Positions 26,598 to 36,635 are shown, counted from the first letter of the stretch. The stretch is DNA of 64,000 bases from Candidatus Kapaibacterium sp. (GCA_022842685.1 JALHPC010000009.1:5353-69352); one strand, 5' to 3'. Notes: generated from the sequence alone by a model not told the origin. Made by a program: numbers and translations.

Positions 26598-28190
26598 TCA
26601 GGCATTCCAAAATTGTCTGTCAAGATTGCGATACTGCACGGCCTCGGCCACATGACTTGCTTCTATGTCGGAGCATCCAGCTAGGTCGGCTATCGTGCGC
26701 GAGACCTTAAGAATGCGGTCGTACGCACGGGCCGATAATCCGAGTTTGTTCATGGCATGACGCAGTATGGCGTCGCCTTGAGCGTTAAGCCGGCAGTATG
26801 TTCGGATGTCTGTCGTTGTCATGTCGGCATTCTTATACACTGCCGTCCCCGCAAACCGCCGCTGCTGCACTTCGCGGGCGCGTACCACGCGCTCGCTGAT
26901 AGCCGCCGAGGATTCGCCCGGAGGTTCGTCGGCCAGGTCCTGCATGCGAACGCTCGGTACGTTCACATGAATGTCGATGCGGTCCAATAGCGGACCACTA
27001 ATGCGACCCATGTACTTCTGAATGGTGTCTACCTTACATTGGCACTCTTGATGTGGATTGCCGTGATGCCCGCATGGACATGGATTCATCGAGCACACGA
27101 GCATGAAGTTGGCCGGGAATTCCACCGTCATTTTTGTTCGTGAAATCGTAATACGCTTGTCTTCAAGCGGCTGCCGCAACACCTCGAGCACATTGCGTTG
27201 GAATTCTGGTAGCTCGTCCATAAACAACACACCATGGTGTGCCAGCGATATCTCGCCGGCACGCACAACGCCCACGCCACCACCCACCAGGGCAGCATCG
27301 CTTATCGTGTGGTGTGGCGATCGATATGGTCGTTCGGTTACCAGTCCTCTGCCTCGCGACAGTAGTCCCGCTACCGAGTGAATCTTTGTTGTTTCCAGCG
27401 CCTCGTCTAACGTCATAGGCGGTAGGATGCCCGCAAGGCGTTTGGCCAGCATGGTTTTGCCCGACCCGGGAGGTCCAACCATAATCAGATTGTGTCCGCC
27501 TGCGGCTGCCACTTCCAGCGCACGTTTTACCATGTGCTGACCCTTAACGTCGGCCATGTCTACCATACTTTCTCGGCGTGCGTTGGCGAACAACGCCTGC
27601 ACGTCTACCTTCACCGGTGCTATGGTTAGTCCACCCGTTAGCAGACCAACTGTTTCCTCGAGTGTGGTAACGGGGTAGACGTCGAGTCCTTCTACCACGG
27701 CTGCTTCCTGTGCGTTCAATGCTGGCACGATAAGCCGACGAATCTTCTTTCGCTGCATAGCCACGGCAATGGGCAGCACACCGTGTACTGGTCGTAGCGA
27801 TCCGTCAAGTGCCAACTCGCCCAGCATTACCGTAGGCACGTCGTCGCGAATCACCAACATATCGAGCGCCTGTAACAGCCCAATTGCTATTGGTAGGTCG
27901 AACGACGAACCCTCCTTGCGCACGTCGGCCGGCGCCAGACTTACCACCACCTTTCGCGGCGGCACGTCGAAGTTGCTATTCTTGATAGCCGCCATTACCC
28001 GTTCGCGCGATTCGCGCACCGCCCCATCTGGCAGCCCCACAATCTGGAAGCCCGGTAGGCCCAGTTCGATATGCGATTCGATTTCAATACCGTAGGCCGC
28101 TATGCCTACTACGGCCGCCGATGTTGTCTTGGCGTAGTTTGTTAATGTGTCTGTCATGTGTCCTCCGGCATTCCTTGTGTAGTTCCGCAC
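26598..28190 (-). CDS. comM: YifB/ComM family Mg-chelatase-like AAA+ ATPase
   Basis: Lon-protease-like N-terminal domain. Walker A GPPGSGKTMLAKRLAGILPP. C-terminal zinc-finger-like CPCGHHGNPHQECQC. About 510-530 aa. Confidence 0.85.
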   Translation of the reverse strand: MRNYTRNAGGHMTDTLTNYAKTTSAAVVGIAAYGIEIESHIELGLPGFQIVGLPDGAVRESRERVMAAIKNSNFDVPPRKVVVSLAPADVRKEGSSFDLPIAIGLLQALDMLVIRDDVPTVMLGELALDGSLRPVHGVLPIAVAMQRKKIRRLIVPALNAQEAAVVEGLDVYPVTTLEETVGLLTGGLTIAPVKVDVQALFANARRESMVDMADVKGQHMVKRALEVAAAGGHNLIMVGPPGSGKTMLAKRLAGILPPMTLDEALETTKIHSVAGLLSRGRGLVTERPYRSPHHTISDAALVGGGVGVVRAGEISLAHHGVLFMDELPEFQRNVLEVLRQPLEDKRITISRTKMTVEFPANFMLVCSMNPCPCGHHGNPHQECQCKVDTIQKYMGRISGPLLDRIDIHVNVPSVRMQDLADEPPGESSAAISERVVRAREVQQRRFAGTAVYKNADMTTTDIRTYCRLNAQGDAILRHAMNKLGLSARAYDRILKVSRTIADLAGCSDIEASHVAEAVQYRNLDRQFWNA

Positions 28191-28228
28191 CCAAAACGTG
28201 ACGCCAAGCCCGTACCTTTGTAATCACG

Positions 28229-28867
28229 ATGCCCCCTTCAAAACAAGAACGCAAATGGTATGTGGTATGGGCCGGACATAATCCGGGCGTGTATGACACC
28301 TGGAACGAGTGCCGCATTCAGGTAGAGGGCGTTCCCGGCGCACGCTACAAATCATTCTCTTCGCAGGCCGCTGCCTACGATGCTTTTGCTCAAGGGGCAC
28401 CGCCTGCAGCTACGCGAACCAACAAGGAACGTACGCCGATGCGGCGCGGCCTGCCGGCGGCCGTACGCGTGCCAAGCGTGTGCGTGGATGCGGCGTGCGA
28501 CATGACAACAGGTGTGATGGAATACCGAGGGGTTGACACCGAAACAGGCAACGTACTATTTAGTATGGGGCCGTACCACGGAGCGTCGAACAACATTGGT
28601 GAGTTCTTGGCTATCGTCCATGCCTTGTCGCTCTTGGCACAACAGCGGTTGGCAACGCCTATCTACACCGACAGTAAGACGGCCATGGCTTGGGTACGTA
28701 AGAAGGTTGCAAAGACCACCGTAGCACATACGGCGGCCAATGCAAAGCTGTTCGAGCTGGTGGCGCGTGCCGAGGCATGGCTGCGAGCAAACAACCCGCC
28801 CAATCAGGTACTTAAGTGGGATACAAAAGAGTGGGGCGAGATTCCCGCTGATTATGGAAGGAAGTAA
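28229..28867 (+). CDS. rnhA: Ribonuclease HI with an N-terminal caulimovirus-viroplasmin-like hybrid-binding domain
   Basis: N-terminal KWYVVWAGHNPGVYDTWNECRIQVEGVPGARYKSFSSQAAAYDAF. RNase H core VCVDAACDMTTG...GASNNIGEFLAIVHAL...YTDSKTAMAWVRKK. Confidence 0.8.
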   Translation: MPPSKQERKWYVVWAGHNPGVYDTWNECRIQVEGVPGARYKSFSSQAAAYDAFAQGAPPAATRTNKERTPMRRGLPAAVRVPSVCVDAACDMTTGVMEYRGVDTETGNVLFSMGPYHGASNNIGEFLAIVHALSLLAQQRLATPIYTDSKTAMAWVRKKVAKTTVAHTAANAKLFELVARAEAWLRANNPPNQVLKWDTKEWGEIPADYGRK

Positions 28868-29369
28868 TGTGACCGACAACAACACAACGCTGCAGGTAGC
28901 TGTGGTGGTAATGGATCATGCACAGGGCTTGCCCTTACCCGTCTATGCCACGGCTGGCGCTGCAGGGATGGACGTGCACGCAGCGGTACCAGAGGGCCAA
29001 CCGATGGTGTTAGAAGCGGGCAAGGTAGCAATGGTACCAACGGGATTACAAATGGCCATACCACGGGGCTTTGAATGCCAGGTACGCTCGCGGAGTGGCT
29101 TGGCAGCAAAGAACGGTGTGTTTGCGCTGAATGCGCCAGGCACGATCGACAGCGACTACCGGGGCGAAGTGAAGGTCATCTTGGCCAACTTTGGTAGCGA
29201 AGCACTCGTGATACGCCGAGGCGACCGCATAGCGCAGTTGGTGGTGGCAAAGCATGAATGTGTAACGTGGAACGTTTGTAGCACGCTTGAAACGTCAGAC
29301 AGGGGCACTGGTGGCTTTGGAAGTACCGGCCACACAGCCATCGCGCCACATCAAGGAACAACATCATGA
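28854..29369 (+). CDS. dut: dUTP diphosphatase
   Basis: LPLPVYATAGAAGMDVHA, GLAAKNGV, GTIDSDYRGEVKVILANFG, GDRIAQLVV motifs. Start MEGSN is chosen by alignment to the E. coli Dut N-terminus. The gene overlaps the rnhA 3' end by 14 nt. Confidence 0.85.
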   Translation: MEGSNVTDNNTTLQVAVVVMDHAQGLPLPVYATAGAAGMDVHAAVPEGQPMVLEAGKVAMVPTGLQMAIPRGFECQVRSRSGLAAKNGVFALNAPGTIDSDYRGEVKVILANFGSEALVIRRGDRIAQLVVAKHECVTWNVCSTLETSDRGTGGFGSTGHTAIAPHQGTTS

Positions 29370-29803
29370 ACATAGCAATTGGTAGCGACCATGCAGGGTT
29401 GCAGCATAAAAATGCCTTGGTAGCCATGCTACTGGCCGAAGGCCATAACGTGATTGATGTGGGCACACATGACAACACGTCTGTAGACTATCCCGACTTT
29501 GGCGTTGCCGCCGCACAGTTAGTAGCCAACGGCACAGCAGACCGAGGCGTTCTGGTTTGTGGTAGCGGCATTGGCATTTCGATTGCCGCCAACAAGGTGC
29601 AAGGCATACGAGCTGCCAACGTTACGAGCGTAGAAATGGCCCAGCTAGCGCGCCAGCACAACGATGCCAACATGGTGGCTGTGGGTGAGCGGCTTACGTC
29701 GTTAGAAACGGCAATGGACATTGTACGCGCCTTCCTTGCCACCGACTTCGAGGGTGGACGCCATCAGCGCCGGGTTGATAAGATTGCGCAGGCGGAACAA
29801 TGA
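29366..29803 (+). CDS. rpiB: Ribose-5-phosphate isomerase B (RpiB/LacAB family)
   Basis: MNIAIGSDHAGLQHKNALVAMLLAEGHNVIDVGTH...VLVCGSGIGISIAANKVQGIRAA. 145 aa. Confidence 0.85.
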   Translation: MNIAIGSDHAGLQHKNALVAMLLAEGHNVIDVGTHDNTSVDYPDFGVAAAQLVANGTADRGVLVCGSGIGISIAANKVQGIRAANVTSVEMAQLARQHNDANMVAVGERLTSLETAMDIVRAFLATDFEGGRHQRRVDKIAQAEQ

Positions 29804-30534
29804 GCGGTATTGATGTATTGGTACTCTCGGCACATCCCGACGACGCCGAGCTTGCCGTTGCCGGAACCGTAAAGGGCCTTACAAATGCGGGCAGGAGCGT
29901 CGTGTTTGTGGAGTGCACGCGTGGTGAGCTAGGCACACGTGGAACGCCAGAGCTACGCGCTGCCGAGGCGCAGCATGCGTCTGAAATCTTAGGCGTTACG
30001 CTTCGCGAAAACCTGGGCATGCCCGACGGCGCTGTTGCGCACACGCAGGCGAACATCCTTGCGGTGGTGGGCGCCATACGGCGGCATCGCCCACGCATTA
30101 TGCTGATTCCACCACCGTTTGAACGCCATCCCGATCACGAAGCTGTGCACCGCTTGGCGCGTGCTGCGGCGTTTACTGCTGGCCTAGCAAACGTGTCGGT
30201 AGAACACAACGGTCAAGCACTCGCTCCACATCGGCCCAAGGCCATGTATTGCTTTCAGCAGCAGTACGACTTCCCACAGGCACCGTCGTTTTACGTCGAC
30301 ATCACGGCAACCTGGGCCGATAAGCTGGCATCGATTCGCGCTTACGCGTCGCAGTTCCACGTTCCCGACGTGTATCAATCGGACGAGCCGCAGACGTTTA
30401 TCTCGCGGCCAGGCTTTGTGGAAGAACTCGAAGCCCGAGCGCGCTACTATGGCAGCCGCATCGGCACCACCTATGCCGAGGCATACCTAAGCGTCGAGCC
30501 GCTCGGCTTTGCGTCGATGGAGGTGCTGTTGTAG
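29800..30534 (+). CDS. PIG-L/LmbE family N-acetylglucosaminyl deacetylase (BshB1-like)
   Basis: LSAHPDDAELAVAGTV and FERHPDHEAVHRLAR motifs. About 244 aa. 4-nt overlap with rpiB. Confidence 0.7.
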   Translation: MSGIDVLVLSAHPDDAELAVAGTVKGLTNAGRSVVFVECTRGELGTRGTPELRAAEAQHASEILGVTLRENLGMPDGAVAHTQANILAVVGAIRRHRPRIMLIPPPFERHPDHEAVHRLARAAAFTAGLANVSVEHNGQALAPHRPKAMYCFQQQYDFPQAPSFYVDITATWADKLASIRAYASQFHVPDVYQSDEPQTFISRPGFVEELEARARYYGSRIGTTYAEAYLSVEPLGFASMEVLL

Positions 30535-30638
30535 GCCGCCGTGCCTTGCACACTATGTTGTTTCTAACAAAGCGTATTCGTTGGATTTGGATGGGTTGAC
30601 GTCACCCCATTACGATTTACAAACGACGGATTCCAATA

Positions 30639-30698
30639 CCCGCCCTGAAGGGCGGGCCTAGGCGAAGAGCCATATTCCAACCTGCCCTAAAGGGCAGG
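30639..30698. repeat. Pair of tandem REP-like stem-loops (cccgccc tgaa gggcggg and cctgccc taaa gggcagg), each preceded by attccaa, between convergent genes
   Basis: Seen directly. gtcacccc motifs recur three times nearby (30601-30810). Confidence 0.45.
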
Positions 30699-30821
30699 CG
30701 TAGCGTGGCTTCATCATCATTATCCACTGCAAATGAAACACCTGTGCGCAGGGCGCACCCCGTCACCATTGTCTGAGCAGATGTCACCCCGTCACCTTGA
30801 CGACCTGACGGAAACGTTACT

Positions 30822-31325
30822 CTATTTTTTCTGCCGCAGCCGTTTCAGCGTGGCTTCGCGGTGCGCTACACGAACTCGTTCCACATCGGCTTCGCTAATG
30901 TCGATCATCTTTCCGCCGAAGGTATGTAGCAGGTACATTGCCGTGCTGGCAATGTCGGCGTCGTTATACGGCATAGGTGGCATGGCCTTCCGAATTTGTC
31001 CCTGATGGTCGTCAGTCGCTGCTGCGCCAAAGATGAGCACCGTTAACACCTTGTCGGGATGCGCCCCCCAAATGTTTGTTCGTTTACGCAGTTCGGCACG
31101 TCCGTTTACGCCATTGCCGTCGGCTCCGTGGCACCTACTGCAATACGATGCAAAGATATCGGACCCACGTTGCGGCGTCGGTGATGAGACCCCATTTGCA
31201 CCGCTTTGCCATGCAACGATCCCAATGGCAACAACGAATAGCAGAATGCCTGTTGTCCACATCCGCGTGTGTGCAGTGCCGCTGAACATGGATACTCCTT
31301 TCCAAGGAAACCTCACAGAGCGCAC
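30822..31325 (-). CDS. Membrane-anchored class I cytochrome c
   Basis: Single CxxCH haem-binding motif CSRCHGADGNG. N-terminal hydrophobic anchor. A distal Met in MPPMPYND. Confidence 0.7.
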   Translation of the reverse strand: MRSVRFPWKGVSMFSGTAHTRMWTTGILLFVVAIGIVAWQSGANGVSSPTPQRGSDIFASYCSRCHGADGNGVNGRAELRKRTNIWGAHPDKVLTVLIFGAAATDDHQGQIRKAMPPMPYNDADIASTAMYLLHTFGGKMIDISEADVERVRVAHREATLKRLRQKK

Positions 31326-31751
31326 GAGGCGCAGCCAGTCCTGCTTTACTCAACAAAGATCGACATTTTGATAGGATTGTAAATGCCGTTCATCGTTGCA
31401 GGCGCTTGCGAGTTGCAGTCAGTATGCTATCATTGTTAGCACTCTGTTTGTTTGTACCATGTACGCACCCAGAATCTATACATGGTGCACCACATGCGCA
31501 TGCTAGCATATAACTACTCGGAACCAACGTCAGTCAAGTTTGTATGCCAAGCTTAACCACTAGGAATGTACCTGCTGAATCGTATAATGCTCTTTGCCTT
31601 TGTACAGCAAGAACTGGTCGAGGCACAGAAGCGGGATTTGGCGTTCTACGAGCAGAATCTGCTACGATGCAGCAGCGATTCGGCCTGGGCACACTCTCAT
31701 CAAACATGTTCATAGAGGACCGTTTCGTTATCAACCCGTGGCAGGTAGCTC

Positions 31752-32636
31752 GTGTCACGCCTTGACCCCGCCACCTATCACGTTCCCGTTATGTTGCGGG
31801 AGTGCATTGAGGCCTTACACATCGTACCTGGCGGCACATACGTCGACGCCACGTTAGGGGGCGGCGGACACACGCAGGCCATCCTTGACGCGCTCGCTGG
31901 CACCGGACAATTGCTGTCGTTCGATGCCGATGACGTTGCCATACAGCGTTGTCGCAACCGCTTTGCCTCCGCCATTGAAGCCCAGCAATTGCGCATCATC
32001 CATGCCAACTTCGACACCATGCCAGAGCACGTTTCTGCTGTCGACGGCGTCCATGGCGTACTGTTCGATCTTGGCGTTTCAAGCTATCAGTTCGACCATC
32101 ACCCGCGCGGGTTTAGCTTTCGCATGATGGCGCCGCTCGACATGCGCTTTGGTCAGGAAGGACCTACCGCAGCCGACCTTCTCAACTCACTTGATGAGCG
32201 CGCCATTGCCGATATGTTGTTTCGATATGGCGACGAACCATCGGCACGCAAGCTATCGCGCGCTGCTGTGCAGCGCAGAATCATAGCCCCCTTCAAAACA
32301 ACGGCTGACGTGCGCGATGTAGTGGTTCAGACAATTCCACCCCACCACCAGATAAAGACCATGGCTAGGGTGTTTCAGGCGTTGCGTATTGCCGTGAACG
32401 ACGAACTTGGTCGTTTGGAGCGAACCCTACGCTCCATTATTCCATCGCTTGTTCCCCAAGGGCGAATTGTGGTGATGAGTTACCACTCGCTGGAAGACCG
32501 CATCGTAAAGGATGTGTTTAGAGCGAGCCCCGACCTTGACGTGCTTACGCGCAAACCAATAGAAGCCAGTGATAGCGAAGTAGAACAGAACCCGCGTGCT
32601 CGCAGCGCCCGCCTACGCATCGCAGAACGTCGCTAG
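31752..32636 (+). CDS. rsmH: 16S rRNA (cytosine1402-N4)-methyltransferase RsmH/MraW
   Basis: HVPVMLRECIEAL, DATLGGGGHTQAIL, DLGVSSYQ, PRGFSFRMMAPLDMR motifs. Confidence 0.85.
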   Translation: MSRLDPATYHVPVMLRECIEALHIVPGGTYVDATLGGGGHTQAILDALAGTGQLLSFDADDVAIQRCRNRFASAIEAQQLRIIHANFDTMPEHVSAVDGVHGVLFDLGVSSYQFDHHPRGFSFRMMAPLDMRFGQEGPTAADLLNSLDERAIADMLFRYGDEPSARKLSRAAVQRRIIAPFKTTADVRDVVVQTIPPHHQIKTMARVFQALRIAVNDELGRLERTLRSIIPSLVPQGRIVVMSYHSLEDRIVKDVFRASPDLDVLTRKPIEASDSEVEQNPRARSARLRIAERR

Positions 32637-32689
32637 TACTTGGCTGCGGCGTTCCCTATCTTTGCCGCCGCACGACTACCCTACCCTGC

Positions 32690-34087
32690 ATGACGAACGT
32701 TGCTGCGTTCAATAACTCCGACCTCCTAGCCGTTCTTGGCCCAGCCGCCACACACCTTCCAACCGAAGTTGTGGTGCGTGGTGTGAGTACCGACACCCGC
32801 ACATTAGAGCCGGGCAATGCCTTTATTGCCCTGATAGGCGAACGCTTCGATGCTCACAGTCTTGTCCTTGACGCCTTTGAGAAAGGGGCTTCGTTGGCCG
32901 TGGTCGACGAACAGTGGCTAACCTCGGCGCCAGATTCGATTCGCTCGCGTTGTGTTGGTGTTGCCTCTACCCTCCACGCCTTGGGCAGCTTTGCGTGGTG
33001 GCACCGAAAGCGCTTCGAGATTCCGGTGATTGCTATTGGGGGTGCTGCGGGCAAAACCAGTACGAAGGACGTTGTAGCTCACGTTCTAGGAGTGGCAATG
33101 AACGTGCTAAAGACGCCAGGAAATCTCAACAACCAGATTGGAACTCCCCTTACGCTGCTACAACTAGCGCCCAGTCACGAGGCGGCCGTCATTGAAATTG
33201 GCACGAACGAACCTGGCGAGATCGAAACACTCTGCGCCATGGTGCAGCCAACACATGGACTGATTACCAACATCGGCAAAGAACATCTGGAGAAGCTTCG
33301 CGACCTTGACGGAGTGGAACGCGAGGAGACAGCACTGTTTGACTACCTTGCCGACCACGGTGGAGTGGCCTTTGTGAATAACGACGATGCTCGCCTGCGC
33401 CAACACGCTTGGCGCTTAACTAAGTGCGTTACCTTCGGCATTGATACCGATGCCAACGTGCGACCCACCGTACGGTTCGACGCAGCACTACATCCTGACC
33501 TACATATGGTGTACGGCGACTTCACGTTTCGCGCCGTAATGCAGACGCAAGGCCTTGCCGCTGCGCGCAATGCCGTGTGTGCCGTTGCTATAGCGTGGAC
33601 GCTCAACTGCACCGCCGATGAAGTGCGCCTAGGCCTACAGACGTTCCAACCACCGCCAAGCCACGGCTATGCACGCATGAGCGTGGAGGCGATAGAGACG
33701 TTGCACAACGTTGTCGTACTCAACGATTGCTATAACGCCAACCCAGAATCCGTAACGCTAGCGCTCGACACCCTAGCCCGCTATCCCGCAAGCACACGCA
33801 TCGCCGTTCTGGGCGACATGCGCGAGCTTGGTCATGCAGCCGCTACGGAACATGCCGATGTTCTACGGTATGCATGCAGCATTGCAGACCATGTGGTGCT
33901 GTATGGTCAGGAGTTTCAGGCGGCGTTAGAGACTACACCATTCGTTACCAATGCTGTTTGGTGTTCCACGCACGAAGCGTGCGCTAACGCAGTGCGCGAC
34001 ATTGCCACAGCCGGTACGGCTGTGTTGGTAAAGGGCTCGCGCGGCTGCACCATGGAACATGTTATTTCTGCCCTTCGTCAAGTTTAA
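32690..34087 (+). CDS. murF: UDP-N-acetylmuramoyl-tripeptide--D-alanyl-D-alanine ligase MurF
   Basis: MurF-type N-terminus (VSTDTRTLEPGNAFIALIGERFDAHSLVLDAFEKGA). P-loop IAIGGAAGKTSTKD. Mur ligase C-terminal domain. Confidence 0.8.
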   Translation: MTNVAAFNNSDLLAVLGPAATHLPTEVVVRGVSTDTRTLEPGNAFIALIGERFDAHSLVLDAFEKGASLAVVDEQWLTSAPDSIRSRCVGVASTLHALGSFAWWHRKRFEIPVIAIGGAAGKTSTKDVVAHVLGVAMNVLKTPGNLNNQIGTPLTLLQLAPSHEAAVIEIGTNEPGEIETLCAMVQPTHGLITNIGKEHLEKLRDLDGVEREETALFDYLADHGGVAFVNNDDARLRQHAWRLTKCVTFGIDTDANVRPTVRFDAALHPDLHMVYGDFTFRAVMQTQGLAAARNAVCAVAIAWTLNCTADEVRLGLQTFQPPPSHGYARMSVEAIETLHNVVVLNDCYNANPESVTLALDTLARYPASTRIAVLGDMRELGHAAATEHADVLRYACSIADHVVLYGQEFQAALETTPFVTNAVWCSTHEACANAVRDIATAGTAVLVKGSRGCTMEHVISALRQV

Positions 34088-34099
34088 GCGAGCACCGCC

Positions 34100-35230
34100 A
34101 TGTTGTACTTCCTTGCACAGTGGGTTAAGAGTTTTGCCAACGTTCCTGGTATCAACCTTTTTGGCTACGTTACCTTCCGAGCCGCCGCCGCCGCCATTAT
34201 GGCCATGGTTGTGTCTATCGTCGTAGGGCCTGCCATTATTCGTGCGCTTAAGCGTCGCCAGATTGGCGAGCAAGCAAAGTCGGAACTTCAACAGGTTGGT
34301 CGGCACTCGCTTAAGGCCGGCACGCCCACCATGGGTGGGCTCATCGTTCTAACCGCCGTGCTTGGCCCAACACTGTTGTGGGCCAACGTTTCCAACATGT
34401 TTGTCATTCTGGCTGTCTTCACCACTGCTACGCTTGGTGCTGTTGGTTTTCTTGATGACTACCTGAAGGTCGTTAAGAAGTATCCCAAGGGCCTAATTGG
34501 CAGGTACAAGATAGTCGGTCAAGTAACAACCGGTCTGGTTGTTGGCGGCATTATCTACGCAGCGCCCGAGCTGTTCCCTGCTGGCTTTGCTGCTATCAAC
34601 ACACAAACCACGGTTCCGTTCGAAAAACTCGTCAACCTTGATTTTGCCTGGTTCTACATCCCAGTTGTCATCTTCGTTATTACGGCTACGTCGAACGCCG
34701 TAAATCTAACCGATGGCCTTGACGGCCTATGTATCGGTACCGTAGGCATTGTTGCACTCACACTTGCCGTTATCGCCTACTTCAGTGGTAACGCCTTCTT
34801 TGCCGACTATCTCAATATCATGCATTTGCGCGGTAGCGACGAGCTGGCCATCTTTTGTGCGGCTATCGTTGGTGCCGCCTTAGGGTTCCTGTGGTACAAT
34901 GCGTTTCCTGCGCAGGTGTTCATGGGTGACACGGGCTCTCTGGCCCTTGGTGGTGCTATTGGTGTGCTGTGTGTACTTATCAAGAAGGAGTTCTTACTTC
35001 CAATTCTTGGCGGCGTCTTCTTTGCCGAAACGCTCTCTGTTATTATCCAGGTAACCTGGTTCAAGTACACCAAACGTCGATTCGGCGAGGGTCGTCGCGT
35101 TTTCCTCATGGCCCCATTACACCACCATTTCGAAAAGAGCGGCTGGCACGAGTCCAAAATCGTGACGCGCTTCTACATCATCGCCGTTGTGTTGGCCATC
35201 GTTACCATGGCCACCTTTAAGGTTCGATAG
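34100..35230 (+). CDS. mraY: Phospho-N-acetylmuramoyl-pentapeptide transferase MraY
   Basis: Polytopic membrane protein with NAVNLTDGLDGL and FMGDTGSLALGG signature motifs. Confidence 0.9.
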   Translation: MLYFLAQWVKSFANVPGINLFGYVTFRAAAAAIMAMVVSIVVGPAIIRALKRRQIGEQAKSELQQVGRHSLKAGTPTMGGLIVLTAVLGPTLLWANVSNMFVILAVFTTATLGAVGFLDDYLKVVKKYPKGLIGRYKIVGQVTTGLVVGGIIYAAPELFPAGFAAINTQTTVPFEKLVNLDFAWFYIPVVIFVITATSNAVNLTDGLDGLCIGTVGIVALTLAVIAYFSGNAFFADYLNIMHLRGSDELAIFCAAIVGAALGFLWYNAFPAQVFMGDTGSLALGGAIGVLCVLIKKEFLLPILGGVFFAETLSVIIQVTWFKYTKRRFGEGRRVFLMAPLHHHFEKSGWHESKIVTRFYIIAVVLAIVTMATFKVR

Positions 35231-35234
35231 GCAA

Positions 35235-36545
35235 ATGGATCCCGTTTGGGTGGTCTCGGCCGACATGGGCTACGGCCACCAGCGTGCCGTGTGGCCGTTT
35301 CGTGATGTTGCCCATGGTGGTATTATCGCTGCTGGCGATAACGAACATGCCAGCACGCGCGAGCGTGCACTGTGGAAACGCTACCTGCGCATTTACGAGA
35401 CGTTTTCGCGCGCCAAGGGTATTCCACTTGTGGGAAAGCAGCTGTTTGGCCTTCTCGACAAACTGCTGCGCATCCCTTCAATGTATCCCATCCGCAATCT
35501 CTCGGCGTCGACGTTTCAGGTCGACATGCTCGACGCGCAACTTCGCAAGGGTCTGGGCGCCGGCGTTATGTCGATCGTCGAGCGTGAACGCCGTCCGCTA
35601 CTCACCTCGTTCTATGTTCCCGCTCTTGTTGCCAATCGAAGCGGATATGAACCCATTTACACCATCATCTGCGACGCCGACCTTAACCGCGTGTGGGTAG
35701 CCAAAGAACCTTGGGATTCCACCATCAATTACTTTGCACCGTGCGGCCGTGCAGCGCAACGACTCCGATCGTACGGTGTACCTACAGAACGCATCTTTCT
35801 CACCGGTTTCCCTCTCGACCCTGCGCTATTGGGTGGACGTGACCTTCCCACACTAAAGCATGATCTAGGGATCCGTTTGTCGATGCTCGACCCACGCAGC
35901 AGATTCCATCTTGCTCACGGTCGAAGTGTCGAGCACTTCTTAGGACCACATGCAACTCCAACCATACCACCTGGTAGAGTCCTACACATAACATATGCTG
36001 TAGGGGGCGCCGGTGCACAAAAGGAGATCGGCGAACGACTGCTACGCAGCTTGCGACCCGAAGTGCTCGACGGGCGAATGCGTGTAACGCTTGTTGCAGG
36101 TACGCGAGCAGAAGTGAGGACGTATTTTGACAGTGTTCGTCGTGAACTCGTGGGCGATTGCCCGTTTGTCGATGTGTTGTATCGTCCGCAGTTACACGAC
36201 TACTTTTCTGCCTTCAACGACCTTGTGCGGCATACCGACATTTTATGGACGAAGCCCAGTGAACTAAGCTTCTACTGTGGTCTAGGGTTGCCGATTATCA
36301 TGAGTCCAACCATTGGCTCGCAGGAGAAGTTTAACAGGAAGTGGCTGCTCGAAACCGGGGCAGGCATGAGGCAAGATAAACCGGAGCATGCACGAGAGTG
36401 GATTAACGAGCTTCTCCTAGATGGCCGCTTTGCCGACATGGCATGGCTGGGTTTCCTTCGAGCCAGAAAGCTTGGCACGTATCACGCCTTGGATGTTATC
36501 GAAGGCGGGTCCTTTCATCAATCCGATGACCCCTTGAAACGCTAA
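35235..36545 (+). CDS. Glycosyltransferase, MGDG-synthase/MurG-like GT-B fold, occupying the position after mraY
   Basis: N-terminal VVSADMGYGHQRA resembles the GxGHxRA loop of the MGDG synthase/UgtP family. It is not MurD (no GxGxSG loop) and not canonical MurG (no GGTGGH). Start moved to MDPVW after the mraY stop. Confidence 0.45.
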   Translation: MDPVWVVSADMGYGHQRAVWPFRDVAHGGIIAAGDNEHASTRERALWKRYLRIYETFSRAKGIPLVGKQLFGLLDKLLRIPSMYPIRNLSASTFQVDMLDAQLRKGLGAGVMSIVERERRPLLTSFYVPALVANRSGYEPIYTIICDADLNRVWVAKEPWDSTINYFAPCGRAAQRLRSYGVPTERIFLTGFPLDPALLGGRDLPTLKHDLGIRLSMLDPRSRFHLAHGRSVEHFLGPHATPTIPPGRVLHITYAVGGAGAQKEIGERLLRSLRPEVLDGRMRVTLVAGTRAEVRTYFDSVRRELVGDCPFVDVLYRPQLHDYFSAFNDLVRHTDILWTKPSELSFYCGLGLPIIMSPTIGSQEKFNRKWLLETGAGMRQDKPEHAREWINELLLDGRFADMAWLGFLRARKLGTYHALDVIEGGSFHQSDDPLKR

Positions 36546-36635
36546 CGGCACGATTTGTGTTGTAACAAATAGGTGCGGAAAGTGTTAATTGTCACGCTCT
36601 GGCGGTCGCGTCCGTTGTAGGCAATGTAGAAGAGT

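Noticed and set aside
30733-31005. 90-aa plus-strand ORF
   Set aside because: Fully antisense to the cytochrome c gene (CxxCH-supported). Ser/Arg-rich and implausible.
31380-31751. mraZ upstream of rsmH
   Set aside because: No ORF of suitable size or sequence in any frame. Recorded as an absence rather than a feature.
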